Assembly (NCBI RefSeq): GCF_021028975.2
Contig: NC_059426.1
Location: forward strand, 74,772,001 to 74,836,000
Direction of reading: 5' to 3'
Source of the DNA: Sphaerodactylus townsendi
Taxonomy: Eukaryota
Length of the DNA: 64,000 bases
The position numbers and the translations under genes were made by a program. The notes below the pieces were generated by a model that was given only the letters and a program-made list of their open reading frames with translations, was not told where the DNA came from and did no database searches. The first letter of the stretch is position 1. Each line of letters starts with the position of its first letter. Of the stretch, positions 1 to 12,495 are shown one piece after another.

Positions 1-19
1 TTCTAAAAGACTTTGTCTG

Positions 20-290
20 TGATTGGGATTCTCTGCCTCTCTTCCTTCCCTCTGGCTTGAGGGGAGAAGGGTCCCTTGCCCCCTTGGCTTAGGAGGCTGA
101 TACGGAGACCCGGCCTAGCTGGAGAGGCATCTCTATTTCTCCTCTGGCTTGAGGAGAGAAGGATTCCCTGCTCTTTTGGCTTAAAGAGCTCAAGGGAACC
201 TCATATATAAACTGGTCCAAAAATTTTTACTTTTTCCTTGGCTTAGGGAGAAGGGGTTTCCTTGCTCTTTTGGCTTAAAGGGCTGAACGG
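20..290. repeat. Degenerate tandem repeat (~90 bp period) running into the assembly gap
   Basis: Motif (ct)ctggcttgaggRgagaaggg..ccctg/ttgc..ttggcttag/aa recurs at ~50, ~142 and ~235. Confidence 0.6.
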
Positions 291-430
291 NNNNNNNNNN
301 NNNNNNNNNNNNNNNNNNNNNNNNNNNNNNNNNNNNNNNNNNNNNNNNNNNNNNNNNNNNNNNNNNNNNNNNNNNNNNNNNNNNNNNNNNNNNNNNNNNN
401 NNNNNNNNNNNNNNNNNNNNNNNNNNNNNN
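291..430. other. Assembly gap (140 N)
   Basis: Run of n characters. Confidence 0.99.
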
Positions 431-3416
431 CTAGACAATAAAGGTTGGAAACATATTTACGTTATCTTGGAAATATACCTAACAGAAAAAAATGAGGCTT
501 GCTTCTGAGTAAACATGCCTAGGATTGGGCTGTTATCTGTGATGAAAAACATCTGCATTCCCACTGTAAGGAACTTAATGCAGAATTGACCCATGAGCCC
601 AGCCTCTTCTAATTAGCTGTTAGAAATAACCTCTGCACCATCAGGAATCATATTCCAGCCAATCAGAAGCCTTGCAATCACTGTTCCAACTGAAAGTAAG
701 GGCGTGGTTTGTTGGACATTCTGTCCGCAGAGAGACTCCTGTGTTTTTGCACTAAGCAATTAGCATTCCGTTATACTCAGCCAAGATGCTAATGAGAAGG
801 CTCTACTTGCAGATGTCACATTCCTACTGGTTTTTCCAAAGCCACCAGCAGCAATATTTAGCTGATAATGACAACATTGCTATTGTCTCAAGGACGTTGA
901 CTGTCCTGGCAACTGCATGTCGCCATTCAGCATACTGGCAGAAAACAGTGAATAAAACATTAAAGTGATACCACAAAATAACTACCTTCCAAAGCTTCAA
1001 AGCTTCAAAATGCTGTTATCCAGGACTAGAATAACTCTGTTCTGTGGCAAACACGCAGTCCTGGCAGGCCAAGGGATAATGGAAGGCCAACACATAAAAC
1101 TGGAGTATGCGGGCATGTGTGGAGATGAAAGTTGCCTTTTCTATGCAAGGGATCTATTTTAGAACAAACAGCAGTACATGTATGCTTGGCAGGACCGGGG
1201 TTGCAAAACAAGTAAATTACAGAGTGTGTTGCTGCACGACAAACCCTTCTCTTAAATGTAGCCAGAAATATAACAAACAACTTTGGAAGAATGATAACCA
1301 GGGCTGTGAGCTGCTAAGTGTTTAGAAAAACATCATGCTAGAAATTGGAGACCAACTAGTAAGCTGGTGTTCGACATTTTTCGTTATTTTGTATTGATAT
1401 GTCAGTAGTGTGTCAGAAATGGAGGTACACTGCCATTTCCATCAAAATATAATGTGGTGTTCTTTTTCTTTTCCTAAGTTATGTTAATTGTGTGGTGACT
1501 GCAAACTGACCTGAAGAACATGTAAGATTTAAAGTGCAAGACCACAGACATTAGTCCCTGCTTGGTAAGTTACAAACCATTCCTTTTGGACTCATGTTTG
1601 GACCACACTAATTGTACTAATGTGGAAGGTAGGGAATAATCAGACCAGCAGGACTTGTGTGGCTTCAAATTATTCAGTTCCTACACTGTGCCGTACCACA
1701 TGCATATTGCAAGGGAAGAGCTAAATACAAATGCCTCATCATTGCCACTTCAGTCTCATGGATCTTTTTGATCACTAGTTGGAAGCGGGTACAAACTGAT
1801 CCAGAGTAAAATGTGCTGGTGCTGAGCACATGCCATGCTGTCTCATACTCATACGCAAGACTGAATGTTGACAGTCACAGAGTGTAGTCTGGGAGGTAAT
1901 CTGAGAGATATAAAATTGCTTAGATCATTTCATATACATTTGCAGATAGCTTGGGATGGTTCTTCAGATAAAACCTAAACACCCATGTCTAGATCAAAAA
2001 TCTCTAGACTGAGATTCTAGGTCTCCACTGATTTGTGTTATGTAATAATGTATTACCTTTATTGAATGCCATGAAAGGTAATTTGAAGTTGAAATCACCT
2101 TTATAATGAGATATAGCGGGCTTTAAAACAAGCTAAGAAAATGAGAAGTCTGTGCATAGCTTCTTTCGGTGTTACACGTTTCTTCTTCTCACTTGGGCCA
2201 TGTGGTATAGAAGGGTATTATTCTATAGTACCTTTCAATATGATATTATATGCTGTATCTGCCTAGTGTCCATATGCTGGGGGTGTGGTTTTCAAGGCTG
2301 CAGAATGGGACTGAAGTTAGGCAAATTGCTTACCTTCCCAGTGCATTTGAAACCATGTGACTGTATTGGATTCTATTGTTGCTGTTAAAATCAGAATAAG
2401 TGCCTAGTCCTTGATGTTGCCAAAAACAGCTTGAAGACATGACCCTGGTGACCAACAATGTACTATGTTGTTTTTTATTAACAGATGCTACAACAGGCAC
2501 CTCAGACAAGAAAGTTGTGTAATTATTTAATTATCTAAGTAATCGCAATAAAAATAAACTGGAGATACAGTCAAGGTTAAGAAAAAGAAAGAAGGCTCCA
2601 AAAAGTTTCATGTCCTTATTATACTGTTACATAACACTATAAAAGAGCTTGATTTTAGTATGGCCTGTTTAACATATCAAATACATGTCTGTAGATAAGC
2701 TAGTATGTGCTTCAACATACACTGCCTCACAGACATCTTGGAAATGAGATTCTGGAATCTCAATAGAGGACAAACTGTGTAAAATGGTGCTACTTTGAAA
2801 AGACATTGAGCAAGGCATGTTAGTCAACCTTCTGTATGAATGAGGGGATCCTATCCCTAGCATACCATTCCACTGAGCAACATTTACTATTTATTTAAGC
2901 ATTAACTCCCCACTTTTTTGGCTCAAGTTTGAACTCTACCAACCTGAGGAGCCTTTCTCCAAATTAACTGACTGTTCCATTGAAGGAAGAGCAACTTAAA
3001 TGGGAGGAAAGTTGCTCAGGATGGTTGGACTCACCAAAGTATTTAAACAAAACACAGAGGAGTGGACTGTGGATCCATCATTTTTTTCAAGAGCCTTCGT
3101 CCAGCAAGTGGCTCCACCCCCCCAAGTGGAAATGCCATTTAAGTTAGAGGAAGATTCATTAGGAGGAAGGGTTGAGACTTTGTTTTGTGGAGTGGGAGGA
3201 GAGGGGTAGCCACAATTATAAAAGAAAAACCTAACATTGTCTCACAGGAAGAAGTTCAAATGAGAATTAATGCACCACCACTTCCTTCCAGATTTTCTTC
3301 TTTGTACAATTCTCCTTCCCACATTGCAGCACCTGGAGCTCTGAGGGAGAACCAAACACCAAGGGACCATTTCCTAAACCCCTACTGCAGAAGTGTGCAA
3401 TTTCCACCTTACAAGG

Positions 3417-4616
3417 CAGGGATTTGGTATGGGGGGGGGTTCTTGGGTTCAAACCCCCCATTACATGTCTGAAGCTTCGCCCCCCATTTGCGGGGTTTTT
3501 GTATTTTTAAAGTGTTTTTTCGGTTTTGCCTGCAGGAGACGCAGTTTTTAGGCTAGCAGCACCAAATTTTCAGAGTTTTTGGGAGACTCTCCTGATGATA
3601 CCACCCAGGTTTGGCAAGGTTTGGTTCAGGGGGTCCAAAGTTATGGACTCCCAAAGGGGGTGCCCTATCCCCCATTGTTTCTAATAGAAGATGCGGGCTA
3701 CACCTTTGAGGGTCCATATCTTTGGACCCCCGAACCAAACCTGGGTGGCATCATCAGGAGAGTCTCCTAAAGATCCCTGAAAGTTTGGTGCTGCTAGCTT
3801 AACAATTGCACCCCTGACAGCAGGCACCCCCCCCATTTCCCCAGATTCTCCTTTTAAATCCACCCCCTTTGGCATGGATTTAAAGGGAGAATCTGAAGTC
3901 CCCAGTTTAAACATTGAAAGTGATGCTGTTTCAGGGTGGGGGAGAATCCACCCCCAAACAACATCACTTTCTATGTTGTTTTTAACTGGGGACCCCAGAT
4001 TCTCCCTTTAAGATGGATTTAAAAGTAGAACCTGGGCTCCCTAGTTTAAACACCATTGAAAATGATGCATCACAGCGGCTGCCATGGTGGGTGGGGGAGA
4101 CGCAAAACTCAGATTTTGCACTGGGCTCCATTTTCCGTAGCTACGCCTCTGCCCGGAGGGGAGGGCAGAAGGGACTGCCGGCTGCTGGCTACGAGCCCAG
4201 CTGGTGGTGGGGCAGGGCAGGGCAGGGCAGGGCAGTCTGCCGTCCCTGGCCTCAGAGAGCTGCTTTTATAAGCACTGAGGCTGGGGCGGGGCTTGGAGAG
4301 GTGTGGCCAAGCCCCCAGGGGTGGTTGGGGTGTAGCCCCACCCCCAAACCCTTTCCTCCCGCACCCAGGTGGACAGGCAGCCGCTCTCTTCTTCCATGTC
4401 CCTTCAGTCGCCTGTCCGGCTGGGGGCATCCTTCATAAGTGCAGCCACCCCTGCAACTTACTCTGTCCGTCAGCTTGCATGGTTGGCTTGCAAGCTGAAG
4501 GCTGGGCTTGGGGAGGCCGGGGTGGGGCTTGGGGAGGCAGGGTCACACCCCCAGGGGTGGGTGGGGGCATGGCACCCCCCAACCCAGCCTATAAAAAGTC
4601 TATACCTACATCCCTG
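3417..4616. mobile_element. Composite non-autonomous DNA transposon (hAT-like), with internal inverted sub-repeats and a nested terminus near 4151
   Basis: Imperfect TIRs CAGGGATTTGGTAT (3417) / ATACCTACATCCCTG (4616). Internal aggagactctcctgatgat..ggtccaaagttatggac blocks are shared with 50644-51290, and the terminus at ~4110-4151 matches 30050-30100. Confidence 0.55.
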
Positions 4617-5043
4617 CAATGAAGGACCACTTTTCTTTCTTTTTGAGATAAGGTATAAATTTCTACAAGAGGCAGGCCATTTTGTGTTATATGGCTTGCA
4701 TATTTTTATGAGACATGAAGGAGTGTGAGCCTAGCAGAGATAACAAAAAGCTGAAGAGGCCGCCTGTGAAGAACCACCGCTTGTGGAAAAATTCTGTGGC
4801 TGCTAGCCCTGCCTTGAGGCTAGGCAGGATGCCAAGGATTCATTTTTGCATCTTCTGCATCCCCGAAGAGTGAGCTCTGAGATGAGTTCCAAGGAACATG
4901 AATGCATCGATACAGGTGATCTGAATTAGAGGCAAGAGAGGTTTTGTGTTGTACAGTGGTTGGGGCTCATCAGTTGACTGTCTCTGTAAAAATCCCCCTG
5001 AAGGACCAGAAAGAAATTCCCTGGAATGCTCAAGGCTCTCTGC

Positions 5044-5262
5044 TCACTTCTTGTCGTCATCATTAGGAAAGAGTCTGTAAGCCAAAAAGTCCATGGATTC
5101 CTGAGCAAGCTTGGAGAGGTGGAGGACGCCTGTGATCACCAGAGCGATCAGCACCAGTGGCAGCACCACATTCCACAGCGTGGCAAGGACATTGTAGCAT
5201 TTGGCCTTGGAGCCATAGCGATGGGCAGCTTCCAGATCACCAGACACTTTCTGATCCCGTGC
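5044..5262 (-). CDS. IFITM5: IFITM5 (BRIL) exon 2: [72 protein letters not shown]
   Basis: Acceptor cttttgcAG|GCA. IFITM5-diagnostic [22 protein letters not shown] helix, acidic tail, TGA at 5046-5044. Confidence 0.96.
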   Translation of the reverse strand, partial: ARDQKVSGDLEAAHRYGSKAKCYNVLATLWNVVLPLVLIALVITGVLHLSKLAQESMDFLAYRLFPNDDDKK

Positions 5263-6696
5263 CTGCAAAAGGAGAATAGAAGTTACTGTGAGAGCCAGTT
5301 TACACATGACTGAGATATGTTCCGGTGTTTTGCGTCTCCCAGGCATACGGAGGCCTGATTCAAATTGGGACTGAAGCACCAGGAGAGTATCGACAGAAAA
5401 AGGCACCCGGGGAAGCACTGAAATTGCATCCCCAGTTGTCAAGACTGACCTATAGGGGTGGGACCAGAAGATGTGTGAGTTCCTCTGCATCTTCTGAGGG
5501 AAGATGACTTTTCCATCCTTTCTGGAGGAAGTCAGTGCATGGAAGTCCTTAACATGCCCTGCCTGTACAATGAGGACCTAACAATGACACACTGGGGAAT
5601 TCTTGATTGGCTCTCTCCAGCATTTTTGGAGGTAAAAAAAACAGCCATGTGGAACCCTGGTTCAGATGGTGACTACAGTGTGGGAGAGAAGAAATTAAAC
5701 CTTCTCATCTTCACATGGTATCTCATCAAGAATGACACACCAACCTTTGTTGTTAGCCTAGGAAGGAGGGGACAGGAAAAGAAAAAGATGCCCATTTTCC
5801 TGTTTGCAAGTCTAATAACAGCATAAAGCAAAGGGTCCCTTTTTATTGGTTAGCCAGAGGGAAGTAGAAGGATTTTAATTCATTTTCCTCTGCTGTGGCC
5901 CTTAGCTGAGTCAAAGCCCCACCATGCTATTCATTTTTCTTTCAAAACAATGGGAAGCTCCTAGTCTCCCAGCATCTCAGTCAGTCCTTGCAAAAGTTAA
6001 TTATTTGCTTGCTTATTCAGTTTATAAGATATTCACCCAGATGTCCTGTGTCAGCTGAAACCTGAATGAAAATGACTGAATTACTTGAAGGAGATCAGAA
6101 GTATTTGGTACCTTTTGATGGAATATTTAACTTCTGTGTGTCAATTTCAGGGATCATTCTTCTATTCTCTGTGACTGGTTTATGTCAAAATAGATCATTT
6201 ATGCATCTCAAGCTATAAAAATCCTGAAAACCACTGCTATCCAGTAATTGAACCTACCTTTCTAAAATAGTGTAAAAACAAGGACGAATAGATTATTGTG
6301 AATAACTTTGAACCAATATCAATAGCAACAGCAACCTCTCATATATCAAACTGAATGAGTTCGTGGCATCCCTTTGATTCCTTGGCACTTCCATTTATAT
6401 TTCATAATTTCTTGGTTTAGCTTTTTTAATTAATGGAGAGTAGATTGCATTTCAGAGATAAATCCTTATAATTCACTTGCAGGAAGTATGGCTTGAGATC
6501 CATTAAGCAGTCAGCTAAGAAGATCTAAATCCCTAAATTTCAATCTATGGTTTAAATCCAGTTGATTATTTTTAACCGAGAAACTATGAGTACCCTGGAA
6601 AACATTGCAGATAAATTGCATTGACCCTGGGCCCAATATGTAAGATTTGGACCAAAGAGAATGAGAGAGATTCAGTCCCATCCAGCACATTCCTAC

Positions 6697-6882
6697 CTTA
6701 ACAGAATAGGCAAGAGCTACAAAGCCGAGGCAGCACAGGTTCATATAGATGGTATTGAAGACAGACCAGATCATGTAGTCACGGGGAACCACTGGAGGCC
6801 TGATGGTGATGACTGTAGGAGAAGGTTCCTGCTTGTGAGATGCCATGGGCAGGTAGTCTTCACGAGGATAAGAAGTATCCAT
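6697..6882 (-). CDS. IFITM5: IFITM5 (BRIL) exon 1: MDTSYPREDYLPMASHKQEPSPTVITIRPPVVPRDYMIWSVFNTIYMNLCCLGFVALAYSVK (spliced protein 134 aa)
   Basis: Kozak accATGG, MDT.YPRED N-terminus typical of IFITM5, CD225 domain with S40 and C50/C51, donor AAG|GTAGGA in phase 0. Confidence 0.96.
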
Positions 6883-6953
6883 GGTTCCTGACAGAGGAGA
6901 TATGCCGTTCCCCAATACTGGCAGCTTCTGCGAGATCCAGGAACGGACAGCAC

Positions 6954-7037
6954 TTTATATAGTGCTTAGTTGAACCACAGCTTCATTTCCAGCTATATAT
7001 AAACTAGGGAAATTACAGTTCTACTTTAACTGTGGTT
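6954..7037 (-). promoter_or_regulatory. IFITM5 proximal promoter: TATA box and two RUNX consensus sites
   Basis: TATATAAA (minus strand, 6961-6954) ~72 bp upstream of the ATG; AACCACA at 6973-6979 and TGTGGTT at 7031-7037. Confidence 0.6.
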
Positions 7038-7354
7038 TTCAGAAAAGGCTTTGCCAGGGCTGAGAGAAATATTTGGTTTTCAAGCCTGCCTTCACCCTGT
7101 TGGACACATATTGCTTTTTATATCTATGCAATTAGTTTGGGCTGGCCTTCCTACCAAGAGAGCTAGCCAATAATTCAGGCACATGGCTTCATAGAAGCCA
7201 GGGCAGATCCAAGTAGAGAAAGTGGCAAGATGTTAGTTACCTAATTGTATTATAAGTATTCTGCAGTAGTATACCATGTACAGCTAGCATATGTCATAGT
7301 TGCTTGAATCCCAAGGTTGCAGAATTGGCTGTTTGGCATTTCTCTTCCTCCTCT

Positions 7355-9075
7355 TCCTGGTATTCCTGGTATTTTCCTGGTATTCATGTCAGGCTGACTG
7401 GGTGGTAATTGTTTGGGTCCTCTTTCCCCCCCTTTTTGACGTTTCGGACAACATTCGCCCTCCTCTAGTCTGCTGGGACTTCTCCTGTTCTCCAGGAATT
7501 CTCAAAGATTATTGCAAGTGGTTCTGAGATTACTTCTACCTGTTATTTTAATACCCTGGGTGGGATGTAGTTCATCAGACCCTGGAGATTTGAATTTGTT
7601 TAAAGTAGCCAGGTATTCCTACTATCTCTTTATTCTATGCCAAATTTTCCCTACTGCATCTTCTGCTCAATTTCCTCCTGGCTGAGCATTATTTTCGTGT
7701 TGGGAGAAGATCGAGGCAAGGAAGGTGTTAAATAGTTCTGCCATTTTTCCATCTCCTGTTAACATTTTGCCATCTTCTCCATGCAGTGACCCTACCATAT
7801 CCTTTTTCTACTTTTTGCTACAGACATAACCAAAAAAGCCTTTTGTATTGTTTTTAACTTCTCTGGCAAGCCTGAGCTCTTTCTGAACTCTAGCTTCTCT
7901 GACTTTCTCCCTACACATTCCACCTATTTTCTTGAATTCTCTTTGGTGATTTCCCCCTTTTTCCATTTCTTGTACACGTCCCTTTTAAATCTTAGCTCAG
8001 TTGAAAGGTCTTTAGACATCCATGCTGGTGTCCTTAGAAATCTCCCTTTCCCCTTCTCTTTGAAATTGTGCCTTCAAGATCTCACTTTTAAGAACCTCCC
8101 ATTCATCATGCACACCCTTTTTTAGTATTCTCAACCCAGTAGTTTCCTAAAGTTAATGAAATCAGTTTTCTGAAAATCTAGAATGCATATGTTACTATGC
8201 TTGGCATCCCCTTTCCACAGTAGAACAAATTCCAAGAGAATATGGATCCCACCTAGGGATCCTACCCCTTCTGCCCCATTAACCAGGTCACCATTGTTGG
8301 TTAGAAGTACATCTAAAATAGTTGATTCCCTTGTTGCCTCTTATACCTTCTGGACCATTAAATTGTCTGCAAGGCAAGTGAGGAATTTGTTGGACCTTAC
8401 AGTCTTGGCAGAATTTGGCAATTACCAAGATAATTGAAATCTTCCAGTACTTCTCTCCTTTCTGAAAGTTCGGTCATCTGTTCCAGGAAGGCATAATCAA
8501 GCTCTTCAGTCTGGCTGGGGTGTGTGTGTGTGTCTGTAATAGACCACTACAAGGAGATCACTGTTGTTTCTCCCCATTAATTTTTACCCAGATGGTTTCA
8601 ACCTGGCTTCCAGGATTTAAGTCATGGACCTGCTCACAGGTATAATCATCCCTGACATATAATGTCCCTCTTCTCCCTGTCCCAGTTGGTGTATTTCACT
8701 GAAATAAGTTATACCCCTCAATTGTTACATTCCAATCATAAGAATCACTGCACCAGGTTTCAGTGATTCCTACTATATCATATTTGCTATGTTGTGCTAA
8801 GGGTTGGAGTTTGTGTTGTTTATTTCCCATGCTCTGTGCATTAGTGTAGAGACATCTAAGGCTGTTGTTCATTCCCCCAGCTGCTTTTTAAAGATTTTTC
8901 CCTCCCACAGTTGGGTTCTTGAACTATTCACTCAGTTCTCTCTATAATCTTTGGACTATTATCTCTAGCATTTGATGAACTGCTTGGAGACGGCTCCCCC
9001 CCCCCTCCCAAAATAACTCAGATTAAAGCCCTTCTGATCAGGTTTGTGAGCCTCCTGGCAAAGATGTTCCTACCT
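7355..9075 (-). mobile_element. CR1 LINE fragment (ORF1 end, ORF2 endonuclease to start of RT), degenerate
   Basis: Minus-strand translation gives ..ARRLTNLIRRAL* (ORF1 end), LRCLYTNAQSMGNK (APE endonuclease start), and KSPGSDELHP..KEDPNNYHPVSLT*IPGK, with frameshifts. Confidence 0.9.
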
Positions 9076-11130
9076 ACAGCCAACAGGTGCAACCCATCCC
9101 ACTCTTCTTCTCCCAAACACCAACTCCACTGTGCTCCATATCTCCTCTATTATTCCCTCGGCCCCTTCTAGCCACCCTGCCTCTCAGCCAAAAGAGTCTG
9201 CGGCCACGCCCCCCTTTCCGTGGCTGGGCTCTCCCTCCATTCATGCCAGGCCAATCAGAGCTGGCCCATTCCCAGACCCGTCTTCTGTGCTCCCGATGCT
9301 GTGACCCGGCCTTTAGGCAAGCCCTGTCCCGCTCCTCCATTCTGGGGCCTTTGGCTGGCTTGTCTGGCTGCCAGGAGCCCAGGTCTTCTTTGCTGGCTGC
9401 CGTTGCCTGGGTGGTCTTGTGCTGGCCTCCAGGTCTCCATCTCCCTTGTTGGGACGCCCAGGCATCTCTGCCGGTTCCGGCCGCCCGGGTGGTCCCTGGA
9501 GCCGCGTTTGTCATCCCCCTCCTCCTCCAAGCCACTGAGTGTGGGGGAGGTACCCTGGGGGTTGCAGGAGTCCAGGGAGGGGGCTGCCCCCACTCCCAGA
9601 CAGAGAGATAGGGTAAACAACAACAGGACATGACAATTCCAGAGAGACTTAACAAGAGGTGCAGCAGTGGGAGAATTCAAAAGTAAAAGAAGTGTTGTGG
9701 GTTGCAGTTTGGAAAGTCTTATAATCCAGACTTCTTAGGTTGAATGGTGAGAGACAGAAGGGTCAGAAAGGACAGTGAGGGACAGAAACCCTTACCATAA
9801 TATGGATTGGTAGACTTATTTGGAAACAAAACACATTGCAGGATATTCACTGAACTACTGTAGGAGCCCCAGATAACAGGTCTCAGGATCTCCTGAAACC
9901 TAAGTGAAGGGAATCATGAACCAAGCGATCCTGACAGAGGATGTTAGGGGGCAGAGAGAAGAAAGCACTGCTGGTCCATTCCAAAAATCTTTACATATTC
10001 TCACGTCCAAGTTAAGTTGCTACGACATACAGAGCTGAGGAATGCAGTGATTCTGTGTGAGGCAGTGAAAGGGAGCAGAGGGCAGCTGAACAGACAGCAA
10101 AAAGTGAACTTTGTTTTGGGGGGTTATCCTTAAAACAAAATCTTTAACCGTGCGTTTTTGAGGGTTCCTGTGTTTGTTTTTGAGGGCTTGGGGGGCTTTT
10201 GTTTTCTTTGTTTTTGCTGTGTGCTTGCCACAGACTTCTGAGATGTTGGGCTTCTGGTGAGTCACCAGCTCTATTTAACTGCCATTCAGCTCTTTTGAGC
10301 AGTCTCTGAGGGGCAGCAACACACACTGTAATTTCTGAGAGGCAGCAGAAGGGAGCCAAACAGAGAGCAAAAGGCAAGCTCTGTTTTTTGGAGGGTAGGG
10401 GAATTGTTCTTAAATCATTCATAACCAATCTTTCAGGAGAAAGTAGAAGGTGAATTGGAGATTTGAGGCTTCAGTCCCTAGATACTGGAGCTCAGTGAGC
10501 TGGAGCTTGGCTAACAGGCAAGGTTAACACTCATTTTGGTGAACATTGTCACTTGGGCTTGTCCAATCATTGCATCTTTCTGGTGAGTGGTAGAGAAAAG
10601 GAATAAGTTTCATTTATAATGAGCTTTTCATTTCTCAACTCTCAACTTGTGTCGCAGAAAGACAGAGATAGAAGTTTCCACTATAAAGAACCTGTATGGA
10701 ACAAGGTCTTTAATCAAAACCAATTTCCTTTCTTTTAATTATGGCTCCATCATGTGGCTTATCACGGTAGTGCAGGAAACATTTTAAAAAGTGTGTGCAT
10801 GGACCTTTAATGCAAACTGACTCTACTAATTTATTACCATCAAATAAGATATTTCCTTTATATTGTAATAGGATAGAAAAATCATGCCAACTAGTTCTAT
10901 CATCAAGCAAGGTTTGCTTGACGATATGTAAACACAGAGGGATAAGAACGGCTTGGAATTCCAACCACCTTGCTAAAAGACATTTACGTATCTTACTAAA
11001 GCAGGAGCTATATCATTTATAACTAATGTCCATGGAAGTTTTAACCACTAAATATCAGACACAGAGGCTATTACTAATGTTTAGTACAGACTGCATTCCC
11101 TTAACTCTTCTGAGACTAAGGACCTTCCGG

Positions 11131-11231
11131 CAGCGCTGGGATTTATCAGGTTCGCACCACTTCAACAGAACCTGTTGTTAAAATGGTGCTTGTAAACAAC
11201 CAATTGTTAAATTATTTGAATCCCATCACTG
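11131..11231. mobile_element. hAT-like MITE, CAGTGGTGGGATTCA-TIR family (diverged copy)
   Basis: Same internal sequence (ggttcgcaccacttc..aaatggtgcttgtaaacaacca..tttgaatccca) as the copies at 26180, 36654, 41253 and 54833. Confidence 0.75.
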
Positions 11232-11319
11232 CATTGCATGCATTAGTAGCATGTGGATTTCCTCTTGTTAAATTAGGGTGACTTGTCTCTTGATCTCATG
11301 GGATAAATGAGACTATATA

Positions 11320-11810
11320 TTTATTTTTATTTATATATTTATAATTTAAATTTAATAGACTGCCCACCCCCAAAGGGCTCTGGGCAGTATACAACATTTT
11401 TAAAACCAACAATTCACAGTTAAATAACGTAAAACCTTAAAACCATCATTTAAAATCCCAAATTATTAATTTTAACATATAATAATCAGATGACACTGAT
11501 CACACAGAACATGTCATGGGGGCTGTTTAAGGTGATATTCCAGAGTGTCAATAGGACAACAGGAGCGGCAACCTTTCTATAGCTGTGTCCCACCCACCTG
11601 CAAAAGGCCCAGTGGAACAAAACCATTTTGCAGGCCCTGTGGAACTCTTCAAGGTCCCGTAGGCCCTAACAGAAGATGGTAATGAGTTCCACCAGACAAG
11701 GGCCAGAGCACTGAAGGCCCTGGCCCAGGTGGAGGCCAGCCATATTGTAGAGAGGCCAGAGGCCACCAGTAAATTGGCCTCTGCAGAGCACAGAGGCCAA
11801 GTAGGGACAT
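11320..11810 (-). mobile_element. L2 LINE 3' fragment
   Basis: Translation RAFSALALVWWNSLPSSVR (L2 ORF2 C-terminus), then an L2-type 3' stem and A-rich tail. Confidence 0.7.
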
Positions 11811-12304
11811 AAGGGGGGATGTAAAATTATGATGGTTTTGTTTGTGGAGTATGTTGTAACCTCAAAAGAATTTTCTGTCCAAAGTCCTAAAATGGGAAGC
11901 AACTAAAATTGGAAGCAATTAGCACTTCATCGATTAGGTTATATGGGTTTCCTGTAATGCTGAACCAACTTCCTTGCAGCTCATTATACTTTCTTGCCCA
12001 GATTCAGAGCTCTACTTTGTGCATGTGTGTATGTGTGTACGCCAGTTTTCTATAAGCGTGTGGGCACAGATGTGGCCTTTGCACAAAAGTGAATGAGAAT
12101 GCTTCTGGTTCTTCTGGAGCTGAAATGTGTACATCAAAGCACTCTAAAAATTTAGATGGTGCCCTCTCCAGTGCGGCGGTCTTTAACAAACTGAGAATGG
12201 CATAGAAGTAGAGAAATATTTATTTATTCTGTATGCATGTGTCTTATTTGAAATTAACTTCTGCATCATAAATAAAACTGGCACAACTGAAATACTTCAA
12301 AAAG

Positions 12305-12495
12305 AGCATCTGTGGTAGAACATCTGCTTGGCATGCAGGAGATCTCAGGTTCAATCCCTGGCATTTCTAATTGACAGAACCAGGTAGCAGATCATGTGAA
12401 AGGTCTTTAGTGGAAATCCTGAAGACCTGCTGCTAATTTGAGTAAGAACTAACCTTGAAGGATCAATGGTGCAATTCTGTATAAGGCAAATTCAC
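12305..12495 (+). mobile_element. tRNA-derived SINE (Squam3-like)
   Basis: A-box gtggtagaacatctgcttggcatgc, B-box ggttcaatccctggc, CR1-like tail gtataaggca; related copy at 17566-17760. Confidence 0.7.

Noticed and set aside
431-3400. Expected flanking gene PGGHG/ATHL1 (and B4GALNT4 at the far end of the window)
   Set aside because: No recognisable coding exon of either gene; this stretch could be UTR but I cannot support that.
6883-6915. 11-aa N-terminal extension of IFITM5 in the ORF track
   Set aside because: Begins at TTG; the conserved start is the Kozak ATG at 6882.
8481-8489. GAS site TTCCAGGAA upstream of IFITM5
   Set aside because: Lies inside CR1 coding sequence; a single 9-mer is expected by chance.
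9074-9680. Overlapping 137-193 aa ORFs in a GC-rich patch
   Set aside because: Open on both strands because of GC content, no domain recognised, adjacent to CR1.
10144-10428. FCCL-containing ORF (and a CCL string near 52060) as additional IFITM exons
   Set aside because: No D...WS.F or LG..AL..S.K context and no matching splice donor.
12305-12370. tRNA gene (also ~17570)
   Set aside because: A/B boxes belong to a SINE head; no complete cloverleaf.
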